From NCBI GenBank assembly GCA_903895255.1, contig CAITTG010000049.1, positions 30,080 through 94,079 of the forward strand: 64,000 nucleotides of DNA, written 5' to 3'. The DNA is from an uncultured Verrucomicrobia subdivision 3 bacterium. Its GTDB lineage: Bacteria > Verrucomicrobiota > Verrucomicrobiia > Limisphaerales > UBA11358. A program made the position numbers and the translations under genes. The notes beneath the pieces are model-generated. The model saw nothing but the letters and a program-made list of their open reading frames with translations. It was not told the DNA's origin and did not search any database. Position 1 is the first letter of the stretch, and each line of letters begins with the position of its first letter. Shown here one piece after another: positions 53,979 through 62,500 of this stretch.

Positions 53979-56330
53979 ATGCAGCGAATAATTAAAAAAT
54001 GTTTTTGGATGTTCGTGTTGGCGGCTGGCTTGCAAAGCAGCCGGGCCTTCTCCCTGTTGGGGCCGGAGACGCCCTCCAATGGCGCGGACAACTGGCAGAC
54101 GGCGGTGATTGGTTATCATCTGGCCTATGCGGACAGCAGCATTCCAGGCGGGCCGATGTATCTGGGTGATATTGGCGGGCCCCGGAACCTGGGTGAGGAA
54201 TACCGCCGCAATGTGCCGATTGTGTATTACACTTACGACACGAGCTTTTTGGGGTTTTTCGGATCGAATGGCGTGGCGGCCGTGGACAGCGCGGTGGCTT
54301 TGATGAACACCATTACGAATGTGGATCAAATTGACCCCTCGCAATACCCACTGGACTCCCAACAATACAACTATGAGGCGGAGGCTTTGTATCTGACCGA
54401 TTTAAAATCAACCGCGCTCCATTTGCTGGTGGAGCAATTGGGCCTGGCCCAACCGGAGCGCTTCACTTACACGCTGCAAGAGCGGATTTTGCCGCCGGGC
54501 GGAAAATGCCCGGTCAACGAGGAATATTTGGTGGTCCAACGGAATTATGAATACACCAACACCGCGCTGAACCAAATTCAGTATTCGAGCTATGTGAACA
54601 ACGTGCTCTATACCTATGAAATTTTGGAGATTTGCAGCGGCCCTGATCCGCTGGCGGTAACGCTGCCGTTTTCGGTGGACCCGCTGGGCGACCAGTACAC
54701 GGCAGTGGCGGACAGCAGTTATGAGCCTTTTGGCGGTCTGCAAATTGGCGGATTTTACAACACGTTCACCCGGGACGACATTGCGGGGTTGAAATATTTG
54801 ATGAGCACCAACAACATCAACTTTGAGCGCGCCACGCCGGGCAGTTTATTGTTTGATGTTTCGACAAATTTCGCGGGCGGCCAGACGTTGTTCCCGGTCA
54901 ACCCTAATGTTCCGTTGGGTGTGGGGACCTACAATTACGGCACCCTTATGGCGGCTGCGGCGGGGACCCCGCCCGCTTTGTTGCAAGCCTTGTTTCCGGG
55001 TTTGGTGGTATCCAGCTCGCAAAATTATTTCATTGTTACGAATGTACCGACCGTGAGCGCCTATTACGGTCCGCCGCCGGCCAAATCACCTTACGGGTCG
55101 CCGCCAGTATTGGTGGTGGTGACCAACTATACGCCCACCCCGTTGCAGCAATATGTGACGAAGTTTGCCAATGTCGTGACGCAATATTCTTCCACGAGCT
55201 CCCCGGCGATTTTGCAAACCATTACCACCGCGCCGCCGGCCAAGTCACCATACGGGACGCCCTCGGTGAGCACCACGAACTACAGCCGGGTGACTTTAAA
55301 CGGGGTGCCTTCGGGCAGCTTTTATATCCTGCCTAATTTTGGAACCAATCTGTGTCCGCCGGGAATTTTGTACACGTTGTTGACCAACGTGATTTACACC
55401 ACCAACCTGATCACCTCGGCCACGACGAATGTGCTGGCGAACACGAACCTGATTACCTCCAGCAATAGTGCTTACTCGACCACGATGAGTTTGATTACCT
55501 GGTACACGAACTACACTTATGTGACCTATGCGGTGAATTGCGCGCAGACGGCGAATGCCACCAGTTTGTACGAGGGCATCCAAGGGGTGCAATTTGTGCG
55601 GGAGGATTATGATTCGTTGCTCGGCCAGTTTTTTCAGCCGGTCACCAATGGATACAGCATGAATGTGGTAACCAACAATCATGTTTACACCCGGCATTTT
55701 GACCGCACGGTGGCAGCTCCCGAGATTTTGTTCACTGCCTATGATTTTGTGGCGGCGAACACCTTCAACGGCACGGTGTCCCGCTCGGTGCCAAACTGGG
55801 ATGAAAGCCAGTTGGTGGCGGGGGGGCTGGCGGGGCCCGGGGTGATTGATCCCGCGGCTAATTTTCAATTCAACGGCAATGGCTCGGCGTTTTGGAACGG
55901 TTATGATGTGAACGATTTCCTCACGCCCGGGGTGGTTTATGGCGAGACCACCCAAGTGCCTTCGCTGGCCTGGGCATCCTTTGATGAATCCACCAACGAC
56001 CCGGTGGTTTACCCCAATGGCACAAGCCTGGCCAACCTGGCGAGCCAGGTGTTGATTCAAGTCACGCCTACCAGCCTGCCAAATGGCACTAATAATGTGG
56101 CCTATTCCGTTCAGTTTAGTGCCAGCGCACCGCGCCTGACCCCGCCATTCACCTGGTCCGCCGGCGGCCTGCCGCCCGGATTGACCATGTCGAGCACCGG
56201 CCTGCTTTCGGGAACGCCCATCAACCAAACCGGGAACTATAACAGTCCACTGGTCTATGACATCACGGTGGTTCTGACGGATGCACTGTCCAATTCCGTG
56301 CAGTGGACCTACCCAATTACAATTCAATAA
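53979..56330 (+). CDS. secreted hypothetical protein with a C-terminal putative-Ig (He_PIG/cadherin-like) domain
   Basis: Signal peptide MFVLAAGLQSSRA. N/T/Y-rich body with the duplicated motif PPAKSPYG(S/T)P. The C-terminus is SLPNGTNNVAYSVQFSAS...FTWSAGGLPPGLTMSSTGLLSGTP. It starts 7 nt after the upstream stop. Confidence 0.7.
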   Translation: MQRIIKKCFWMFVLAAGLQSSRAFSLLGPETPSNGADNWQTAVIGYHLAYADSSIPGGPMYLGDIGGPRNLGEEYRRNVPIVYYTYDTSFLGFFGSNGVAAVDSAVALMNTITNVDQIDPSQYPLDSQQYNYEAEALYLTDLKSTALHLLVEQLGLAQPERFTYTLQERILPPGGKCPVNEEYLVVQRNYEYTNTALNQIQYSSYVNNVLYTYEILEICSGPDPLAVTLPFSVDPLGDQYTAVADSSYEPFGGLQIGGFYNTFTRDDIAGLKYLMSTNNINFERATPGSLLFDVSTNFAGGQTLFPVNPNVPLGVGTYNYGTLMAAAAGTPPALLQALFPGLVVSSSQNYFIVTNVPTVSAYYGPPPAKSPYGSPPVLVVVTNYTPTPLQQYVTKFANVVTQYSSTSSPAILQTITTAPPAKSPYGTPSVSTTNYSRVTLNGVPSGSFYILPNFGTNLCPPGILYTLLTNVIYTTNLITSATTNVLANTNLITSSNSAYSTTMSLITWYTNYTYVTYAVNCAQTANATSLYEGIQGVQFVREDYDSLLGQFFQPVTNGYSMNVVTNNHVYTRHFDRTVAAPEILFTAYDFVAANTFNGTVSRSVPNWDESQLVAGGLAGPGVIDPAANFQFNGNGSAFWNGYDVNDFLTPGVVYGETTQVPSLAWASFDESTNDPVVYPNGTSLANLASQVLIQVTPTSLPNGTNNVAYSVQFSASAPRLTPPFTWSAGGLPPGLTMSSTGLLSGTPINQTGNYNSPLVYDITVVLTDALSNSVQWTYPITIQ

Positions 56331-56335
56331 ACGGT

Positions 56336-59300
56336 ATGGCAATTAATTTATACTCTGCGGTTGGTGGAAAATCCCGGCTTAACAGGTTGGTGTGGAGCTC
56401 CATGCTGGGGGTGCTGCTGACGGTGACTGGATTCGCCGCGACGCCGGCCCCACAATACCTCAATGGATTTGATAATTCCTATAATATTCCGGGCAGTCCC
56501 CCCCCGACCATTTTCACAACCAATTTCGACAACGAGGCGCTGTTTAGCATCAATTTTTCCACCTATAATTCCAGCAAGCCCAGCCAGTATTATGAGCCGA
56601 GCTATGTGTTGAATTACACCAACGGGGAGAACGGGGTCATGACGGTAAACAATCCGATCAACATCAACCAGGTGTTGGCGGTTTATAACATTGGTTTTAA
56701 TTTTGACCAGGGTTCGACCGTGAACGGGATTCCGGCGGGAAGCTTTTACAATCAGGGAACCATCCGGTGCAATTCGCTCGTGGATGGAAACAACCTCTTC
56801 ACGGTAGGCGGTTTTACATTCTACGATATTCTTGGTTATGGCATTTGCAATGTCAGTGCCACCAATATTGTCAATCCCGGCAATATCATCGCCAGCGTCA
56901 ACGGGGCTATTACTCTGAACGGTCAAAATGTGGATTTGAACCGGGGGGTTTTCAATATTGAATCGCTGCAAACCACCAACGGGCTGATTTTTGGCAACAC
57001 CTTGTTGAATGCCTTGAATCTTAACAGCACCGGAGCGGTGGGATTGGACACCAATGCGGATTGGAATCCAGGGGCTGATTTGGGCCCGAACTCGGCGATC
57101 AGCTCGTTTGTCCCGATTCCAAATTATTATTTAATCCTCACGAATTCGACCTCCTATTTTCGCACGGACGGGTTGGCCACGAGCAACGTGATTTACCGGG
57201 CGGTGTTTGTGCAGAATGACAGTCCCAATGCTCCTTATAACGTTTATATCGACCCTCCGAACCAGACTTATCCAGGTCTGAATCCGGGGGCGGCCCATGT
57301 GGAATGGGTGGGTTCCTACATTGATCCGGCCACCGGGTTAAGTTCCTCCAATTATCTTTATTTGACGGATGATTACGCGCTGGGGGCGACGACCAACGCG
57401 GGCTTGACGCTTTTACCCGTGAATGCCGGCACGGGGGTGCCCGCAAACTTTAGTTTTGTCACCTCCCCCCTGCCGTTGTTTGCCAATCCGACCCCGGCTG
57501 GGTTTCTAAACATCTTCACCGCTGGTAATATCACCAATTTTTATTCGTACATGAACGGACAGATTATTCCATCCACGGTGTCGACCAATGTCACTCTGAC
57601 CAATCCGCATGGCACCATTCCGAATCTGCCGAGCAAAATCATTATTTCGGGCAGCCAACGATTAAACCTGCAAAATGCGATTATTAGCGGGGAAAACTAT
57701 CTGGCCCTGACCGCGACCAATCAATTTGACGGCAGCGCGGGCGCCCAGATTGCGGCGCCATTCTCAGACATTAATTTGGCAGTAACGAATGGCAACTTGG
57801 TGTTCACGAACGTGCTGGAGTCCGACATTCCCAATTGGGGCGGCACGATTCAGGCCTGGAGCACCCGCTGGACGAATACGGACACAGTTACGGGCATTAG
57901 CTATGATTACCGAGTTTTGCTGGTTTACAGCAAGTTGCAACCGACGACGGTTCCGTTTGTCAACAATCTGCGACTGAGCGCCGGCACAAACCTTTTCATT
58001 AGCGACGTTTTGAATGTTTACGGAACGTTTTTCACGGATGCCCAGCGAATGACCGTGACCACGAACGGTGTCGGGGTGGGGGCGACTTCAGCCGAGGGCC
58101 AGTTAAACACGATTTTCCCGGGAAATCTGGGTCTGACCCAATGGCCCAACCTGCGTTGGGTGACCAACAATGGCACCATCGGGGCGCAGGGCGCGGTGAG
58201 TTTTACCAACGTGAATAATTTTGGCGCGGTGATTAACAACGGGGTGATTGCGGATGCTGGCACCACGGTGTTGGCCACGAACTTTGTTAACAGCGGGACG
58301 ATTAGCAATGGCACGGGTAATTTAAATGTCCAGTGTCAGACCGCGACCCTGACCAACTCCTACGTTTATGCCGGTGGCGGCATAACACTGGTTGGAAAGA
58401 GCCTGCTGGCGAGCAATGTGTGGTTCCAGTCCCTATCCCTGAGTTTAAATCCCAGCAATTCGCTGGGTGACGGCGTTCCGATTCCGGGCAATTACATTCC
58501 ATACGGGGAAATTACCAATTACGGGGATAACACTTGGGTGGTGGGGCGTCCCAACGGCACGGGTGGCAGCGGGTTCTCCCTGTTGAGCAACCCGCATAAT
58601 GGTGATTTTCTGGGGACGACGATTTCGAACACAGTGCCACCGGCCAATAAACTGGCCGCCAACATTTGGGCGGCCCAGGATTACGGTGCCATTAACCGTG
58701 GTTTCAGCAACAACGCGGCAGTCGGCCGCTTGATCATCGATGTGCAGGGTAACAACAGCCTGGTTACGTTTAACGGGGCGGGCAATGCCATCGGCAACAG
58801 CAATGCGCTCTACGTCGATTATTTGGAATTCCGGGACACGGCCACCAACGGGATTCAAGACAGTTATGACTTCACTAATTGGGTCGCGTTGAATACAAAC
58901 ATAACGATTTATTTTGGACAGGCCTTCATCAATGGCATTTCGGTGGCGGAAAAAATCAATATTGCCAGTCTTTACAATGGTAAAAACGGAGGCAAGGTGT
59001 CGACCAATGGCACCGTTTTGCTGCCCGGCCGGCTGCGCTGGGTGCCCACCTATGCCGGGTACTTTAGCTCCACCAATCTTGTGGTGGACGGGGTGACCAA
59101 CACTGTTAATGCGGCGCTCGCGCAAAGTCAGGACATTGATTCCAATGGCAATGGCGTGGCCAATGGCTTTGATCAGTCGCCGTTTTTTACCGCCCAACAG
59201 ATCAATTTCAGCCTTTCTTTGACTAATCACCCGGTCCGGACGGCCTTGCTCACGTGGGACACCGTGCCCTTTGCGACCAATTCCGTTTTTTATGCCACCA

Positions 59301-59455
59301 ACCTGGTGAACGTGAACTGGCTGCTGTATTCCAACTTTACATCCACGAATGTGGCGGGACCAACCTATCCCGTGACGATTTCGGACACGAACGTGGCCAA
59401 GGGCATCCGTTTTTACAAAGTCGTGGTGTCACCCTGGCTGACGTATCCTTATTAA
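56336..59455 (+). CDS. large secreted hypothetical protein (N/T-rich, beta-helix-like) with the C-terminal FYKV module
   Basis: ATG 56336 lies 5 nt after the upstream stop. Signal anchor LVWSSMLGVLLTVTGFAA. No catalytic motif recognised. It ends in ...YATNLVNVNWLLYSNF...GIRFYKVVVSPWLTYPY. Confidence 0.7.
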   Translation: MAINLYSAVGGKSRLNRLVWSSMLGVLLTVTGFAATPAPQYLNGFDNSYNIPGSPPPTIFTTNFDNEALFSINFSTYNSSKPSQYYEPSYVLNYTNGENGVMTVNNPININQVLAVYNIGFNFDQGSTVNGIPAGSFYNQGTIRCNSLVDGNNLFTVGGFTFYDILGYGICNVSATNIVNPGNIIASVNGAITLNGQNVDLNRGVFNIESLQTTNGLIFGNTLLNALNLNSTGAVGLDTNADWNPGADLGPNSAISSFVPIPNYYLILTNSTSYFRTDGLATSNVIYRAVFVQNDSPNAPYNVYIDPPNQTYPGLNPGAAHVEWVGSYIDPATGLSSSNYLYLTDDYALGATTNAGLTLLPVNAGTGVPANFSFVTSPLPLFANPTPAGFLNIFTAGNITNFYSYMNGQIIPSTVSTNVTLTNPHGTIPNLPSKIIISGSQRLNLQNAIISGENYLALTATNQFDGSAGAQIAAPFSDINLAVTNGNLVFTNVLESDIPNWGGTIQAWSTRWTNTDTVTGISYDYRVLLVYSKLQPTTVPFVNNLRLSAGTNLFISDVLNVYGTFFTDAQRMTVTTNGVGVGATSAEGQLNTIFPGNLGLTQWPNLRWVTNNGTIGAQGAVSFTNVNNFGAVINNGVIADAGTTVLATNFVNSGTISNGTGNLNVQCQTATLTNSYVYAGGGITLVGKSLLASNVWFQSLSLSLNPSNSLGDGVPIPGNYIPYGEITNYGDNTWVVGRPNGTGGSGFSLLSNPHNGDFLGTTISNTVPPANKLAANIWAAQDYGAINRGFSNNAAVGRLIIDVQGNNSLVTFNGAGNAIGNSNALYVDYLEFRDTATNGIQDSYDFTNWVALNTNITIYFGQAFINGISVAEKINIASLYNGKNGGKVSTNGTVLLPGRLRWVPTYAGYFSSTNLVVDGVTNTVNAALAQSQDIDSNGNGVANGFDQSPFFTAQQINFSLSLTNHPVRTALLTWDTVPFATNSVFYATNLVNVNWLLYSNFTSTNVAGPTYPVTISDTNVAKGIRFYKVVVSPWLTYPY

Positions 59456-59543
59456 GCGCGATTTAACAAATAAAATGATTTTAATTGGTGAACCGTTGGC
59501 GGTCCTACGCCGTAATCATCGGAGAAATGTTGTGAAAGAGACT

Positions 59544-62500
59544 ATGCAAAAATTCGCAGGCGGAGGGTGGCAACACCTGGCTGGAAAATCCGTTTGGTTG
59601 AAGCTGTTCCTGGCCATTGGTTTGGCGGGATTGGTGGCCGGCGTGGCCACGGCCCAGCCCACGAATGACAACTTTGCCAATGCGACCGTGATTTCCGGCC
59701 TGACCGGTTCGACGGATGCCAATAACTCCAATGCCACCGTGGAAGCCGGGGAATCGGTATCCATTATTACGGATGACAATTCCTTCGGAGTCTCGGTGGG
59801 GGGATCCATCTGGTATTCCTGGACGGCGCCGGCCACGGGGAATGTGACCTTTAACACCTTTCCGAGCACCAATAGCGGACCGGTATTTGACACTGTCCTG
59901 GCGGTTTACACGGGCAACACCCTGGCAAATCTGAGTCTCGTGGGGGCCAATGACGACGCCCCCGGGGTGACCAATGGCACGAGTCTTCTGACGTTTTATG
60001 CAAACGCGGGTACGACTTATTTTATTGAAGTGGCGGGTTTCAACAGTCCGCCGGTGGCGGAAGGCGACACGAGCCTCAACTGGTCGATGACGGTCCCGGG
60101 TTTTTCCGCCGGGACATTTCGCTTCACCTCCACCAGTTACACGGTGGGTAATTTTGAATCTTTTCCAGTTTATGGACCCAAGCCACCGATGAGCGGCACA
60201 CCCGGAGCCCGGGTATCGGTCACGCGGGTGGGTGGATCCGCGGGCAAGGTGGAAGTGCATTACACAGTCACCAACACGATGGAGGGGGTAACTCTTTATT
60301 CCAATGTCAGCGTCGAAAGCCAGAGCGTGATTACCACTGATACCAATGGAAATATAATAAGTCAAAACACCATTACCGCGACGAACTACTCTATCGGAAC
60401 TCAGACCGTGGGGATTTCCGGTGGTTCGTTTACGAACATTCCCTGCAATACGACCGGCTTTTCCATTGTTCAGACGAATTCCAACGGCAACCTCAGTTAC
60501 GGCATGTTGATTTATCCGGTCCAGTATTTGGTGGGAACCAACCTGGCTACTTATGTCACCAACTCAGATGGTTCAGTTACGAGTACCATCCTCACTTCCA
60601 ATCCCCAGACGATCAAGTTGACCAACCTAGTGGCTTCGGCGATTGCGGAAAACCCCAAGAATGTGAATCAGCCTTGGGATTATCTGCCGGCATCAGGAAT
60701 TCTGACATTTAATGATTACGAGATGACGAAGGATATTTACGTCACCCTGAGCACCAATAATTATTTTGTAGAGACTCCGGTGTCGGTGCAGGTAACGCTG
60801 GATTCGGCGGTTTTAGATACCAACGAACTTCAGACCATACCCCCTCCGACCATCGACACCAGCCGCAATGCGGCAACCGTCAATGTGGAGAGTTTGTGGC
60901 AGGCACCTTACCTGTATTCCGGGCTCTGTCCGGGCTTTCAGAGTTATGATGTTACGAACCTGATAAATTTTATCCGCTCAACGGTGCGGGTGAATCGCGA
61001 TGGGGGCACTGCGTCCATTGCCATCAACCGCGGCGGGGTGGATTATTCCCAGGCGATCACGATCTATTATTCGATCGACTACAACACGGCGAACGCTAAT
61101 TACAATACGTTCACTTTGCAATCTGGCTCTGACTATGCCATTCCGGACAATGCCCTGAAGACGGCGGCCGAAGGGGTGGTTGACTTCACCAACACCGGCA
61201 TTGGCTCCGTGAGCTGGGCAGCGAATGATCCGTTCATTAAATACATTAACGTGCCCATTGTGAACAACAACACCGTGGAATTTAACAAGGATTTTCTGGT
61301 GCAATTCTATGCGGATAATGGACACCAATGGAGCCAAGGCACAATTCCGGGGAATATCTCGACCTGCACCGTCACGATTTTGTACGAAAAACAACCGGCT
61401 GGCGCGGTGGATGAAACGTACAATTTAAACAATGTGAATTCGACCATCCCGCCGTTCAATCAAAACCCGGGGGCAAACGGACCGGTGAACGCGGTGCTGG
61501 TGCAACCCGATGGTAATACGCTGATCGGCGGTTCGTTTAGCTCATACAATTCCACCAATAGTTATAATATTGCCCGGGCACTGGCGAATGGCCAGGCAGA
61601 TGCCGGGTTCATCAAAAACACGGGGCTCGGAGCGGATCAATTTATTGACGCCCTGGCGGTGGACAGTTCAACGAACATCTATATCGGCGGCGCATTTACC
61701 TCTTTTAATGGAGTGCAGCGCAACGGGATTGCGCGCCTGAATTTTGACGGCACGCTGGACAATGCACAGTTTTTGCCGGGCTTCGGCGCGGATGGCACGG
61801 TTACGGCCATTGCGATTCAACCGAACGGCCAGATTTTGGTGGCGGGGGATTTCAGCACCTTTAACAATACCAATCGCAATTGCCTGGTGCGTTTGAACCC
61901 GGATGGGTCCGTGGACTCCACCTTTGATCCCGGGGTGGGACCTTATGATCAGAATGATCCGGGCAGCACCGCAATCAATTGTTTGGCATTGCAGCCGAAC
62001 GGTCAAATCGTCATTGGTGGTGATTTTACCACCTATGGCGGGGTGGCACGCAATTATATCGCCCGAATCAATGCGGATGGTTCGCTGGACACGAGTTTTG
62101 ACCCGGGCAACGGAGCTAATGACGTTGTCAATGGCGTGGCGGTGAACACAAATGGTTTGGTGTTGGTGGTCGGTGCTTTCACGCAACTGGGTGCTTTGGG
62201 AACCAGTGCTGGGATTGCGCGCCTCAATGCGGATGGTTCGCTGGACACAACCTTTAACGTTGGTTCGGGTGCCAATGACGTGGTTAGCGCCATTGCTCTG
62301 CAACCGGATGGCGGCATTCTGGTGGGCGGCACGTTCACTTCGATCAACCAGACCCGGCGGGTGGGGATTGCGCGGCTGTATGGGGACGGCTCTTTGGACA
62401 CGACCTTCATGGACACGGCTTACAACCAGTTTGCCGGTTTGATTAATCCTTACTATAATCCGGCCATTAACGCCCCGAATTCGGTTTATGCGATCTCGGA

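Noticed and set aside
21226-59455. Are the big secreted proteins PEP-CTERM clients of the exosortase at 36842?
   Set aside because: None ends with a PEP motif followed by a TM helix and a basic tail. Their termini are soluble beta-strand-like (…FYRLQR, …YFLLQSY).
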